Notes: a model not told the origin generated them from the letters alone. Positions 19,157 to 30,785 are shown, numbered from the stretch's first letter. The stretch: DNA of 64,000 nt from Phycisphaerae bacterium (GCA_041661865.1 JBAZTO010000004.1:614-64613), one strand, 5' to 3'. A program made the numbers and translations.

Positions 19157-19182
19157 GCGCGTGCGGCCACGAGAACGCCATC

Positions 19183-19932
19183 CTACTTGCCCAGCATGCC
19201 TGAGAGGTCGTGGTATTCGCGCTGGCAGGGGTTGCCGTCGGCGAAGAAGTAGAGGCTGCGGGCGAACAGGCCGTCGCGGAGGGCGATGATCGTCGAGGAC
19301 ACCGTGCCGTGTCGCTCGCCGTGGACACAGAGGGCGTCGGGGCCGGTCGTCGTGCCGGCGTCCCGATCATTCCCGCTGCCGTGGTCTCGGCAGGCGGCCA
19401 TCAGCGTCCCCAGGGCCTCGTGAATGTCCAGCGGCGGGTGGATAAGCTTGCCCGCCCGCTGCACCTTGGGGTCGGAGTGTTCCTCCGGCAGGCCGTTGCC
19501 GACGAAGTGGATGCCGCTGGAGAGTTCGGCGATCCCCAGTTCCCCGCCGTTATAGGTGGCCACCCAGGCGGCCCCCTCCTCGGCCAGCAGCAGGTTGAAC
19601 TCGCTGTAGCGATGTTCCAGCACATAGGATTCCAGCACGCCCTGGCAGTCACGGTGGGGGGGCAGTTTGAGCAGGTCCAGGCAGAGCAGGCCTCGGGAGC
19701 GGGCGCCAGGAACCGGCGCGGGCCGGGACAGGATGTTGGTGATGGCGACCACCCGCCCGCCGGCGCCGACGCCCAGCCAGGTGCCCCCGGCCCGGGCGTC
19801 CTGCCCGCCCCAGACGCCCTCGCCCAGCCGATGCGGCGGCAGGCTGGGGCGGTCGAGGAACTCGTCGCGATTGGCCGCCAGGACCACCGCGTGGCCGGGC
19901 ACCACCTTGTACATCAGGGTGATAAAGCACAT
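19183..19932 (-). CDS. NRDE-family protein (TANGO2-like)
   Basis: canonical MCF N-terminus at internal Met20, NRDE motif (VLAANRDEF); longer ORF to 19989 runs into repeat region. Confidence 0.75.
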   Translation of the reverse strand: MCFITLMYKVVPGHAVVLAANRDEFLDRPSLPPHRLGEGVWGGQDARAGGTWLGVGAGGRVVAITNILSRPAPVPGARSRGLLCLDLLKLPPHRDCQGVLESYVLEHRYSEFNLLLAEEGAAWVATYNGGELGIAELSSGIHFVGNGLPEEHSDPKVQRAGKLIHPPLDIHEALGTLMAACRDHGSGNDRDAGTTTGPDALCVHGERHGTVSSTIIALRDGLFARSLYFFADGNPCQREYHDLSGMLGK

Positions 19933-19952
19933 CGCCGCTCTCCAAACAGAAT

Positions 19953-20065
19953 CACCAAGACCACAGAGAGCACAAAGATCACAAAGCACGCCAAATCAGG
20001 AACAGAAAGGCTGAGGTTCGTGCGGTTGCCTTTCTTTGAGGTCTTTGTGGCCTTCGTGGTTGTTC
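19953..20065. repeat. 9-bp-periodic inverted-repeat element (CACRRAGNN)x4 / spacer / (NNCTYYGTG)x3
   Basis: caccaagac cacagagag cacaaagat cacaaagca ... gtctttgtggccttcgtggttg; spacer contains AAAGGC/GCCTTT hairpin; lies in divergent NRDE/trpB promoter region. Confidence 0.65.
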
Positions 20066-20213
20066 AAACGAAAAAAAGCCCTGCAAAATCCGCGTCAGCC
20101 ATTATCATAGCAGGGACGTTCGTATCTTGCGACGGTCCCCGGCCTGGCGGGATGCGGGCAAGACGTGAAATTGCCGTGTGCCTCAGCCGGTCAGATCGGA
20201 CTTGGAGATTGTA

Positions 20214-21605
20214 ATGGAACAGATCAAGGTTCAGTTGGATGAGAAGGACATGCCCCATGAGTGGTACAACCTGGCCGCCGATTTGCCGACGGCCATGCTG
20301 CCGCCCCTGGGGCCCGACGGCCAGCCGGTCACGGCCGAGCAACTGGCGCCGGTCTTCCCGATGAACCTCATCGAGCAGGAAGTCTCCACCGAGCGATGGA
20401 TCAAGATTCCCGACGAGATTCAGCAGTTGCTGGCCCTGTGGCGTCCGGCGCCGCTGTACCGTGCCCGCCGGCTGGAGGCGGCCCTCAAGACCCCCGCCCG
20501 CATCTACTACAAGCACGAAGGCTTCTCGCCGGCCGGCAGTCACAAGCCCAACACGGCCATCCCGCAGGCTTGGTACAACAAGCAGTTCGGCATCAAGCGC
20601 CTGGTCACCGAGACCGGCGCGGGGCAGTGGGGCTGCGCGCTGGCCTTTGCCACCTCGCTGATCGGCCTGGAGTGCAAGGTGTACATGGTGCGGATCAGCT
20701 TCGAGCACAAGCCCTTCCGCCGCCTGATGATGGAGACCTGGGGCGCCAAGTGCGTGCCCAGCCCGTCGCCTACGACCAAGGCTGGGCGCGACGTGCTGGC
20801 CAAGTTCCCCGACACGCCCGGCTCGCTGGGCATTGCCATCAGCGAGGCCATCGAGGAGGCGGTCAGCGACCCAACCGGCCAGACGCGCTACAGCCTGGGC
20901 AGCGTGCTCAACCACGTGCTGCTGCACCAGACCGTCATCGGCCTGGAGGCCAAGAAGCAGTTGGCCAAGATCGGCGAGAACAAGGTGGACGTCGTCATCG
21001 GCTGCGCCGGCGGCGGCTCGAACTTCGCGGGCCTGGCCTTCCCGTTCGTGGCCGACAAGATCCACGGCGCCAAGATCGACATCTACCCCGTCGAGCCGAT
21101 GAGCTGCCCGAAGATGACGCGCGGGCCATTCTCCTACGACCACGGCGACGTGGCCGGCATGACCCCGCTGCTGCCGATGCACTCGCTGGGACACGCCTTC
21201 GTGCCCGCGCCCATCCACGCCGGCGGGCTGCGCTACCACGGCATGGCCCCGCTGGTCAGCCAGGCCTGCGTCGAGGGGCTGCTGACGCCCAGGGCCTACC
21301 ACCAGATCAAGTGCTACGAGTCAGCCGTCACGTGGGCGCGGACCGAAGGGTTCATCCCGGCCCCCGAGACCTCCCACGCCATCGCGTGTACCATCGACGA
21401 GGCCGTCAAGGCCCGCGAGGAAGGCAAGGAAAAGGTCATCCTGTTCAACTGGTCGGGCCACGGGCTGATGGACCTGACCGGCTACGACAACTACTTCCAA
21501 GGTAAACTGACCGACCATGCCCTGCCGGAAGAAGAACTGCAAAAGAGCCTGGCCGCCATCAAGCACCAGCCCAAGGCCCCGGTCCGCAAGAGCGGAAAGT
21601 GGTGA
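20214..21605 (+). CDS. trpB: tryptophan synthase beta chain, TrpB2 type
   Basis: 464-aa, long TrpB2-type N-terminus (WYNLAADLP), PLP lysine region [18 protein letters not shown] motif. Confidence 0.9.
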   Translation: MEQIKVQLDEKDMPHEWYNLAADLPTAMLPPLGPDGQPVTAEQLAPVFPMNLIEQEVSTERWIKIPDEIQQLLALWRPAPLYRARRLEAALKTPARIYYKHEGFSPAGSHKPNTAIPQAWYNKQFGIKRLVTETGAGQWGCALAFATSLIGLECKVYMVRISFEHKPFRRLMMETWGAKCVPSPSPTTKAGRDVLAKFPDTPGSLGIAISEAIEEAVSDPTGQTRYSLGSVLNHVLLHQTVIGLEAKKQLAKIGENKVDVVIGCAGGGSNFAGLAFPFVADKIHGAKIDIYPVEPMSCPKMTRGPFSYDHGDVAGMTPLLPMHSLGHAFVPAPIHAGGLRYHGMAPLVSQACVEGLLTPRAYHQIKCYESAVTWARTEGFIPAPETSHAIACTIDEAVKAREEGKEKVILFNWSGHGLMDLTGYDNYFQGKLTDHALPEEELQKSLAAIKHQPKAPVRKSGKW

Positions 21606-21711
21606 TTGAACAACAGTGCGAAGTGCGTGGTGCGTAGTGCGAAGAACAACAACAGTGCGAAGTGCGTGGTGCGAAGAACAGCGGCGCCGCGCCAAGACGA
21701 ACTAGCCGCGA

Positions 21712-21779
21712 GCGCAAAGCGAGCGGATTATTTCCTCTTTTGAAACGACCACACCCGCTCGCTTTGCGCTCGCGGCTAG
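21712..21779. repeat. second full copy of the CTAGCCGCGAGCGCAAAGCGAGCGG inverted-repeat element, downstream of trpB
   Basis: same 25-bp arms and similar loop (ATTATTTCCTCTTTTGAAACGACCACAC); preceded by 24-bp direct repeat caacagtgcgaagtgcgtggtgcg x2 (21611-21671). Confidence 0.7.
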
Positions 21780-21863
21780 TTTGCCTTGGCACAGATCATG
21801 GTCGCAAACGCCGCGGGCCAGGGCACTCAGCCCTCTTCCCGGCTACTGACCACAGACTACCGG

Positions 21864-22082
21864 CTACTTCATTTCCTGGTTGAACTGGAAGACATCCTCG
21901 ACCGTCGTGCTGAAGAACCGCGCGATGCGGAAGGCCAGCGTCAGCGAGGGGGCGTACTTGCCGGCCTCGATGGCGAGGATCGTCTGTCGCGTCACACCCA
22001 CACGGTTGGCCAACTCCTGTTGGGTAATCTCCCCGGCGTCAAACCTCAGCCGCCGGATTCGATTGGTCAGTTCATCGGACAT
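21864..22082 (-). CDS. XRE-family helix-turn-helix transcriptional regulator
   Basis: ITQQELANRVGVTRQTILAIEAGK HTH_3 signature; start at MSDEL with SD AGAGGGA; low-GC, AT-rich upstream region. Confidence 0.75.
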   Translation of the reverse strand: MSDELTNRIRRLRFDAGEITQQELANRVGVTRQTILAIEAGKYAPSLTLAFRIARFFSTTVEDVFQFNQEMK

Positions 22083-22497
22083 GCTGTTCCCTCTCGCCTC
22101 GGCCATAGAGGACCAGCAGGATGATCGCCCGCGAGACGAACAGCACGATAAAGCCGCTAAACGTGATCAGCGGAAGGATTTCAATCGACACCGTCGTCTG
22201 CCCGCGGTGGTAGAGAATGTACCACGGGACGAAACTGGTCAGGACAAAGGTCAGGTACGACAGCATTCCGCCGCCAACGGTGGCCCGGCGGGCGATGTCC
22301 ACATCCCGCTCGTCGGCGGACACAATATCGGCCGAGGTTCTGCGAAAGAGGATTGGCCCCAGCCCGGCCAGACCGCACAGCCCAAATGCGCCCGTGGCGC
22401 CTTTCGGACCGACAAAAAGAAGAAGCGTTAGGAATCCCGTTAGAGCCAACGCGAATGCTCCCACAATTAGCCACGCCATCTTCTGCTCTCTGTTCAT
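22072..22497 (-). CDS. DUF2178-like membrane protein co-transcribed with the XRE regulator
   Basis: 4 TM helices; start at Met10 with SD AAGGGG; 3' end overlaps XRE start by 11 nt; a membrane protein paired with a short HTH protein is a common two-gene arrangement. Confidence 0.55.
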   Translation of the reverse strand: MNREQKMAWLIVGAFALALTGFLTLLLFVGPKGATGAFGLCGLAGLGPILFRRTSADIVSADERDVDIARRATVGGGMLSYLTFVLTSFVPWYILYHRGQTTVSIEILPLITFSGFIVLFVSRAIILLVLYGRGEREQHVR

Positions 22498-22800
22498 GTC
22501 GTACCCCTTCTGGCGATAAAACAATGATCTCTTTTGGAATGCTTAATACGGCAAAATAGTATACTATTACATACTTTATGTCAAGTATATAGTACATTTA
22601 TACGAATAAAATTGTTTGTGAATATAACTTGTTCCCAAGATAGGAGTTACAACCTAGAATCCCCCGACTAAGGACTACGGATTACCAAGAGATGCAACCC
22701 AATTGAGGATTGATAGTAGTTTCGCATGTCCGCAAACCTGCCGCAGTCATCGGACACAAGTTGCCACCTTGCCTGTGTCTGCTTACACAACGAGATGTTG

Positions 22801-22844
22801 CTGTTCTTTGTGGTCTCTGTGGCCTTCGTGATCTTCGTGATTTC
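22801..22844. repeat. 9-bp-periodic repeat arm (CTYYGTG orientation) overlapping rmuC stop codon
   Basis: ctgttctttgtggtctctgtggccttcgtgatcttcgtgatttc. Confidence 0.55.
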
Positions 22845-23890
22845 TATTGGTCTTTGCTGATGCGGAGTTGCTCGATGCGGTCGAGGGGTTTTTCGAGCTG
22901 ATTGCTGCGGGTGCCGCGGAGGGCGGCGAACTGGGCGGCGGTCTGGTCGATCTTTTGCCCCAGCTTGTCCATCTCCTCTTTGTACTTCTGCCACTGCTTG
23001 TTGAACTCTTCGAGGAACGCGGCGATCTGGTCGGCGCGGGCGGTGACGTTGGCGTTCTCGGCCGCCTGGCGGATGACCGCGAGCATGGCGTAGAGCGTCA
23101 GCGGGCTGGCCAGCACGATCCGCTTGGCCAGGGCCTCGTCGATCAGGTCGCGCTGGCTCTCCATGACCAGGGAGAATAGCTGCTCGCTGGGCATGAACAG
23201 GATGACGTAGTTGACGGTGGAGGCCTTGGGGTCGATGTAGCCGCGCCTGGCCACCGCGGCGATGTGGGTCCGCACGGCGGTGGTCAGTTGGCCCAGCTCC
23301 GCGGCCCGGGTGGCCTCATCGGCGGCGTCGAGGTAGCTCTTGTAGCGTTCGAGGGGAAACTTCACATCCATGTTGGCCTTGAGCCCGTTGGGCAGCAGGA
23401 AGGTGAAGTCAGGCCGCCCGTCGGCGACGCTCTCGGAGGACTGCTTGATGTAGTTGACCCCCTCCTGCATGCCCACCAGGCGGAGCACGTCCTCGGCCAT
23501 CCGCTCGCCCCAGGCCCCGCGGCGCTGCGTGCTGGCGAGCATCTTGTGCAGCTCGCCGGCGGTGGCCGACAGAGAGGCCACGCTCGAGCCGAGCGTTCCG
23601 AAGTCCTGCCGCCGCGACGACTCGATCTGCGCCAGCAGCGTGCGGACCTTTTCCAGTTCCTCGCCCATCCTGGCCTGGGACTGGTCGATCAGGGCCTTGC
23701 GGCCGTCCAGTGCGGCGGCGGCTGAGTCGCCCAGGCGTCGCGCGTTGGCGTCGAGGGCCTCGCCGGCCAAGGCCGCGAAGGTCTCGCGCAGACGCTGGTC
23801 AGCCACGCGGCTGCGAAGCTGGTAGATCACGACGGCCAACACCGCGCCGATGACTGCCCCGATGACCAGGCCAATTGCGAATTCCATCAT
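22844..23890 (-). CDS. rmuC: DNA recombination protein RmuC
   Basis: N-terminal TM helix, long coiled coil, C-terminal RmuC nuclease-like region (NYVILFMPSEQLF, LASPLTLYAML); start MMEF. Confidence 0.85.
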   Translation of the reverse strand: MMEFAIGLVIGAVIGAVLAVVIYQLRSRVADQRLRETFAALAGEALDANARRLGDSAAAALDGRKALIDQSQARMGEELEKVRTLLAQIESSRRQDFGTLGSSVASLSATAGELHKMLASTQRRGAWGERMAEDVLRLVGMQEGVNYIKQSSESVADGRPDFTFLLPNGLKANMDVKFPLERYKSYLDAADEATRAAELGQLTTAVRTHIAAVARRGYIDPKASTVNYVILFMPSEQLFSLVMESQRDLIDEALAKRIVLASPLTLYAMLAVIRQAAENANVTARADQIAAFLEEFNKQWQKYKEEMDKLGQKIDQTAAQFAALRGTRSNQLEKPLDRIEQLRISKDQ

Positions 23891-23937
23891 GATAGTGCTC
23901 TCCCGTACTGGGGGCATTGTAAACGCAACGAGGCGGC

Positions 23938-24099
23938 AAAGCACGGAGAACACGGAGACCGCAGAGAGCACGGAGCAAACCATCGTCGAGAAAAAGAAAC
24001 ACCCCGCGAAAGGCGGGGTGCTGGATTGCTCTTTGGGTCTTGTTCAGACTCTTGGACTGTTCTCTGTGGCCTTTGTGTTCTCTGTGATCTTTGTGATGG
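23938..24099. repeat. 9-bp-periodic inverted-repeat element flanking the rpoD terminator
   Basis: cacggagaa cacggagac cgcagagag cacggagca [spacer with terminator] ctgttctctgtggcctttgtgttctctgtgatctttgtgatgg. Confidence 0.65.
23986..24020 (-). terminator. rho-independent terminator of rpoD
   Basis: hairpin CACCCCGC-GAAAG-GCGGGGTG followed on minus strand by TTTCTTTTTCTC. Confidence 0.6.
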
Positions 24100-24108
24100 A
24101 TGTTTCTT

Positions 24109-25770
<1,662 letters not shown>

Positions 25771-25904
25771 TCATAAACTCCCGGAGATCGCTCAAAGGGA
25801 AGAGTTCCTTCAACCTAAGGTACGAAATCGTGTCATTATAACCATGAGCATTGGGTTGTCAATGCGATGCGACGGCCACATTTCGCGAGCAGCACAATCC
25901 TTTA

Positions 25905-27698
25905 TTACGTTATGTTAGGCCGCTTTCGCGCATCATCCTGACGAAATCGCTGCCCCAGGGCCCGCAGGGAATCATCATTAAGTTCTGACGATCTAAGGTC
26001 TTGTAGCTCACGGCGGTGCCGCCAATAAAGCAGATTTTTTACTGCATCTTCCAGCGTGGCCTCGAAATTACCCCTTTTTTCGCCCGTCCGGGACAATTCG
26101 ACCACCAGCGGCCCGGCAGAGGACATTTCCTCCCGGGCCAGTAATTCGTCGATGGTCAACCTGCCGGCCTGCCCGAGTTTCCAGACGGTCGCGGCGATGG
26201 CAGCCAGGAAGCTGTCGGTGAAATCGCCGGCGTCGATCTTCTCCGCCACGTGGTCGAAAAGGTCGGGGCGATTGAGTAGGACCTCGAGGATATGGCGTTG
26301 CGGGTCGCCCAAGGCGCCGCCCTGGCCGGCCGGGGCGCCTTGCGGTGCCGCGGCCGTGACGGCGGGGCGCTGAATGTTGCGCGCCAGCCGCCGCATCTGC
26401 TGCTGGAGTTCGCCGGAGGAGATATTGAGCAGGTGCCCGATGTGCTGGGCCAGTTGGCCGCGGCGGACTTCATCGATGGCGCCGTAGGCCTGCGAGGAGG
26501 CGACCAGGCGAAGGAAGTCCTCGATGGCCCGCCGTCTGCCGGCCAGATCTCCGCCGGCCGACTGCACCGCCTGGTATCGCCGCGCCCAGATGTACTCCAG
26601 CGCGTCGGGGGCCTGCTTGACCAGTTCGGCAAAGGCCGGCCCGCCGTGGGCGAGGCAGTAATCGCAGGGGTCCTTGCCGTCGGGAATGCTCACCACGCGG
26701 ACGTGAATCTGCTGGGCCAGGAACAGTTCCAGCGCCCTCTCCGCGGCGGCGGCGCCGGCTACGTCGGCGTCGAAGACCAGCACGATCTCCCGGGCATAGC
26801 GCGAGAGGAGGCGCACGTGGCGGTCGGTCAAGGCCGTGCCCAGCGTGGCCACCACGTTGCCCACGCCGCACTGGATGGGCATCAGTGCGTCGAAGTAGCC
26901 CTCGACGACGATGGCCTGGTCGCTGGAGGAAATGGGCTCGCGGGCCCAGTTGAGGGCGTAAAGCTGGTTGGACTTGTCGAACAGCGGCGTATCGGGGCTG
27001 TTGAGATACTTGGCCCGCTCGTTTTCCGCCAGCGCCCGCCCGCCGAAGCCCACGACCTCGGCTGCGGGGCTGAGGATGGGGAACATCAGGCGGTTGCGGA
27101 AGCGGTCATAGCAGCCGGCCCGCTCTTCGCGCCGGGCCACCAGCCCAGCCGCCACCAACTGGTTCTCGCCGATGCGGTCCCGCATGGCCGAGCGCAGGAG
27201 GGCGTCCCACGAGTCCGGCGCATAGCCGAGCCCAAAGCGTGCGATGGACTCGTCGCTCAGGCCGCGCTTGCGGACGTAGGCCAGCGCTTCCGCCCCGGCC
27301 GGCGTGTGGAGCTGGCTGCGGAAGAAACGCGCGGCGTAGGTGGTCACGGCGATCAGGTCGCTGCGCGACAGGCCCCCTTCGGGAGGCGGGGCGGTGACCG
27401 ATTCCCGCGGCAGGGGGATGTTGGCCCGCTCGGCCAGCGTCTGCACGGCCTCGGGGAAGGAGAATTTTTCGTAGAGCTGGAGGAACTGGAAGACCCCGCC
27501 GCCGGCCCCGCACGCAAAGCACTTGAAGATCTGCTTGGTCGGCGAGACGTTCATCGATGGCTTCTTGTCGTCGTGGAAGGGGCAGAGGCCCAGGAACTCC
27601 TTGCCGCGCTTCTTCAAGGCGACGTACTGGCCGATCAGGTCGACGATGTCCGTCGCCTGGGCCACCTGCTGAATGAACTGTTCGGTAAACCGGGCCAT
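25905..27698 (-). CDS. dnaG: DNA primase
   Basis: Zn-finger CPFHDDKKPS...FKCFACGAGG, TOPRIM region EGYFD; upstream of rpoD in classical dnaG-rpoD arrangement. Confidence 0.93.
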   Translation of the reverse strand: MARFTEQFIQQVAQATDIVDLIGQYVALKKRGKEFLGLCPFHDDKKPSMNVSPTKQIFKCFACGAGGGVFQFLQLYEKFSFPEAVQTLAERANIPLPRESVTAPPPEGGLSRSDLIAVTTYAARFFRSQLHTPAGAEALAYVRKRGLSDESIARFGLGYAPDSWDALLRSAMRDRIGENQLVAAGLVARREERAGCYDRFRNRLMFPILSPAAEVVGFGGRALAENERAKYLNSPDTPLFDKSNQLYALNWAREPISSSDQAIVVEGYFDALMPIQCGVGNVVATLGTALTDRHVRLLSRYAREIVLVFDADVAGAAAAERALELFLAQQIHVRVVSIPDGKDPCDYCLAHGGPAFAELVKQAPDALEYIWARRYQAVQSAGGDLAGRRRAIEDFLRLVASSQAYGAIDEVRRGQLAQHIGHLLNISSGELQQQMRRLARNIQRPAVTAAAPQGAPAGQGGALGDPQRHILEVLLNRPDLFDHVAEKIDAGDFTDSFLAAIAATVWKLGQAGRLTIDELLAREEMSSAGPLVVELSRTGEKRGNFEATLEDAVKNLLYWRHRRELQDLRSSELNDDSLRALGQRFRQDDARKRPNIT

Positions 27699-27715
27699 AG
27701 CACGAGATGAATCTT

Positions 27716-27935
27716 ATCACAGAGGGCACGGAGATCACAAAGATCACGGAGAATGGCAAACAGGGAAAGCACGAAGCCAAGGTACGACGAATCGTGCAAA
27801 GGTCAGGAACCGGACACTGCAAAGCCACCAGGCTCGTTGTTCTTTTTTCTGGTTTTTTCTGGCTTTCCGATAGGCACTATTCTCTCTTCAGCTTCTCTTT
27901 GTGATCTCTGTGTCCTTCGTGAGCTTTGTGATAGC
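27716..27935. repeat. 9-bp-periodic inverted-repeat element between dnaG start and rnhA end
   Basis: cacagaggg cacggagat cacaaagat cacggagaa [130-bp spacer with T-rich run] ctctttgtgatctctgtgtccttcgtgagctttgtgatagc. Confidence 0.65.
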
Positions 27936-27941
27936 TGTTGT

Positions 27942-28358
27942 CTATTCCGCCGCGTCGCCGACGGAGCGTTTACTGTCCAGGGCCTGGTTGACCAGGGCGT
28001 CGGCATCGACGTTTTCCTCGCGGCGCACGTGGCGGTAGGTGCAGCGGGCAAAGCCGCGGGCCAGTTGCTGCGCCTCCTGGTAGAGCGGCTGGAGGCCGGC
28101 GTTCTTGACCCGGTATCGCCCGGTCATCTGGCGCACCAGCAGCTCCGAATCGCTGACGACCTCGACCTCGCGGGCGCCGAGCTTGCCGGCCGCCTTCAGG
28201 CCGCCCAGCAGCCCGCTGTACTCGGCAACGTTATTGGTGGCCTGGCCGAGAAAAAGGCCGGCCTCGTGAATGACCGTGCCGTCGTCGGCCGTGATGACGA
28301 TGCCCGCAGCCGCCGGCCCTGGATTTCCCCTGCTGCCTCCGTCGATATGGATGGTCAC
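27942..28358 (-). CDS. rnhA: ribonuclease HI
   Basis: TIHIDGGSRGNPGPAAAG...NNVAEYSGLL...VVSDSELLVRQM RNase H fold motifs (DEDD); start taken at GTG (VTIHID); ORF track extends to 28403. Confidence 0.8.
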   Translation of the reverse strand: MTIHIDGGSRGNPGPAAAGIVITADDGTVIHEAGLFLGQATNNVAEYSGLLGGLKAAGKLGAREVEVVSDSELLVRQMTGRYRVKNAGLQPLYQEAQQLARGFARCTYRHVRREENVDADALVNQALDSKRSVGDAAE

Positions 28359-28568
28359 ATGCAAGATACTTCTCCGCTGAATAACTGACTTAAGAATAGC
28401 CACGAATTGCGAAAATTACGCAAGTCCTTCGTAGTTCGAAGAAGGCCTATCCGCCCTGTCTCCTCGCCCAACTATAGGGGATGATGGTAGCGGGAGCAAC
28501 CCTGGCCGCAGTAGAATTGAAAGTATTCATACAATTCGCGTAATTCGCGTCTAAGGCTTTCTTGGCGG

Positions 28569-29321
28569 CTACTGGGTCCGCGACCCCTCAACCTGTGGCT
28601 GGAGATACAGGATTTTTCCGCAGTTGTCGCAGGTGCGAAGCTCGTCTCGCGTTTGCAGGACGTTGGCATGTTCGGCATTGAGGCTCATGTAGCAGCCGCC
28701 GCAGATGTACTCGTGTGGAGGCTTGCGGCCGTGGATTTCAATCACGGCCATTCCTTCGCCGTCGTTGCTCTCGGCGATGCGGTCAAAGATGCTCAATGCC
28801 GTCCGCGGCACGACCTTGGCGGCCTCGTCGCGCTTGGCCTGAAGGTCGGCCATCAGGGCCTCGAGCTTGGTCACTTCGGCGGCGCTGGCCTGCTCGATTT
28901 CCGCCAGGCGGCCCTTTTCGACCTCCGTCAGTGCGGCGGCCTTTTCCACCTCGGCCTTGAGGGTGTCGCAGTCTCCCATGACCCGCAGGGCTTCCTCTTC
29001 GGTCTTGGCGTTGTCGGCCTTGTAGGTGTTGATCTGCGTGAGGATGGCCGCGTATTCCTTGTTGGTCTTGGCCGAGTTGAGGGACGTGCGGAGCTTGACG
29101 ACCTGCTCTTCCTTGACCTTGAGATCCAGGGAGAAGCGGTCCCCATCCTTGCGGCGGTTCATGAGCTTTTCGTTGAGGGCGGCGTGGTTGGCGGCCAGTT
29201 GCTCCAGGCGATTCTTCTGGGCGGTGACCGCGTTCTTCCGGCTCGAAAGCCTTGACCGCACGGTCGCCAGTTGGCGTTCAATGGATTGCAGATGGAGTAA
29301 AGCCTCAAGCATCTTGGCCAT
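28569..29321 (-). CDS. zinc-ribbon / coiled-coil protein (COG1579 family)
   Basis: long coiled coil followed by C-terminal CGGC...CDNCGK zinc ribbon. Confidence 0.75.
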   Translation of the reverse strand: MAKMLEALLHLQSIERQLATVRSRLSSRKNAVTAQKNRLEQLAANHAALNEKLMNRRKDGDRFSLDLKVKEEQVVKLRTSLNSAKTNKEYAAILTQINTYKADNAKTEEEALRVMGDCDTLKAEVEKAAALTEVEKGRLAEIEQASAAEVTKLEALMADLQAKRDEAAKVVPRTALSIFDRIAESNDGEGMAVIEIHGRKPPHEYICGGCYMSLNAEHANVLQTRDELRTCDNCGKILYLQPQVEGSRTQ

Positions 29322-29550
29322 GCAATTGCCCTCTTTACTTGTGATGGTTGTCCAAACAGTGCATTATCAGTCTTGTGAGGATGAAATTCAAGGTCTTTTC
29401 TCCAGAGAGGCTAAAGTCGCAAAACTCCGCGAGAGAAAGACCGGCGTGCGATCCGTCCGCCGCATGAATTGCGGCCTTGGCCTTGTATGTGACGGTCCGG
29501 GGCCGTTATCATCGCAAACTCACAGGTATCAGGGCCAAGGAGTTCACCAG

Positions 29551-30780
29551 ATGGTTCGCGTGGCGTTGGTCGGTTTCACAGGATACGGGCACAGCCTGGC
29601 GCGGCAGGTCATAACGGCCTCGGCGGAGGTGGATTGTCGCCTGGTCGCAGCCGCCGACAACCAGATGCACCTCGCCCCTCGTCGCGCAGCAGAACTGAAG
29701 GCTGCGGGCGTGGAGCTGTTCGACGATGCCCTCAAGATGTTTGCCGACCTCCGCGGCAAATGTGAAGCGGTCTGCATCGCCACGGGCATCAACTCTCACG
29801 CGCCGTTGACCATCGCCGCCCTCAAGGCGGGCTACTTCGTACACCTGGAAAAACCTCCCGCAGCCACCGTCCAGGAAGTCGACCAGATGCTGGAGGTATT
29901 GGAAACGACGGGCCTGTTCTGCCAGGTGGGATTCCAGGCGGTGCATGGCATCGACCTGGCGTGGGTGAAGGACAAGCTCGTCGCCGGCGCGCTGGGGAAG
30001 GTTAGGACCATCGTCTGTCGCGCCGGCTGGCCGCGCGACGCGAAGTATTACGCCCGAACTGACTGGGCCGGCAAGCTCCGCAGCGGCCGAAGCTGGGTGC
30101 TCGACGGCCCGGCCATGAACGCCCTGGCCCACCAGACCAACAACATGATGTGGATGGCATCGAGCGAGCCGCTGGGCTACGGGACGCCCGTGCAGGTTCG
30201 GGCCGAGCTTTACGCCGCCGGTCCGGTAGAGTCGCACAACACCGCCGCCATCGAGATTCGCACGGCGGAGGGGCCGACGGCCTACTTCCTGGGCAGCCAC
30301 ACCACCGCCGGCAGGTTCGGACCGATCATCGAGGTTCAGGGCGAACGGGCGCGGCTGAGATGGGAGTATGACATCGGCGCGACGATTCATCATTCCGACG
30401 GCAGGAGCGAACGCTCGCCGGAGGGGTCCGACAAGGCCCGAGAGCGAATGATCGCCAACTTCATCCAGGCCGTTCGCACGCGCGACGGGTCGATCCTGCG
30501 CTGCCCGCTGGCCAAGGCCCGGAGCTTTGTCCTGGCCCTCAACGGCGCGCACGAATCCAGCGGCGAGATTCTCCGCATCGACGAGAAGTTCGTCAGCACT
30601 CATAAGCCCGGCACACCTGAGGCCTGGACGGTCGTGGACGGAATGGACGAACTGCTCATCGCCGCGGCCGCACAGCCGGGCCTCCTGAGCGACCTGCCCA
30701 ACGCGCCATCCTGGGCGCGGAAGACTCAGGCCTTCGACCTGGCCGGGTACAAGAGCTTCCCGCAACGGTTCAAGGGCTGA
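29551..30780 (+). CDS. Gfo/Idh/MocA-family NAD(P)-dependent oxidoreductase
   Basis: ATG 29551 with AAGGAG SD; N-terminal Rossmann VRVALVGFTGYGH and EKP motif; ORF track extends upstream to 29026. Confidence 0.8.
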   Translation: MVRVALVGFTGYGHSLARQVITASAEVDCRLVAAADNQMHLAPRRAAELKAAGVELFDDALKMFADLRGKCEAVCIATGINSHAPLTIAALKAGYFVHLEKPPAATVQEVDQMLEVLETTGLFCQVGFQAVHGIDLAWVKDKLVAGALGKVRTIVCRAGWPRDAKYYARTDWAGKLRSGRSWVLDGPAMNALAHQTNNMMWMASSEPLGYGTPVQVRAELYAAGPVESHNTAAIEIRTAEGPTAYFLGSHTTAGRFGPIIEVQGERARLRWEYDIGATIHHSDGRSERSPEGSDKARERMIANFIQAVRTRDGSILRCPLAKARSFVLALNGAHESSGEILRIDEKFVSTHKPGTPEAWTVVDGMDELLIAAAAQPGLLSDLPNAPSWARKTQAFDLAGYKSFPQRFKG

Positions 30781-30785
30781 TAGAA

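Noticed and set aside
19933-19989. N-terminal extension MLCDLCALCGLGDSVWRAA of the NRDE protein
   Set aside because: The extension is the translation of the 9-bp-periodic repeat region. NRDE proteins canonically start MCF.
27790-27880. Terminator for rnhA inside the 27716-27935 element (T-rich run ttcttttttctggttttttctgg)
   Set aside because: The T-tract is on the plus strand while both flanking genes are minus. No convincing stem precedes it on the relevant strand.
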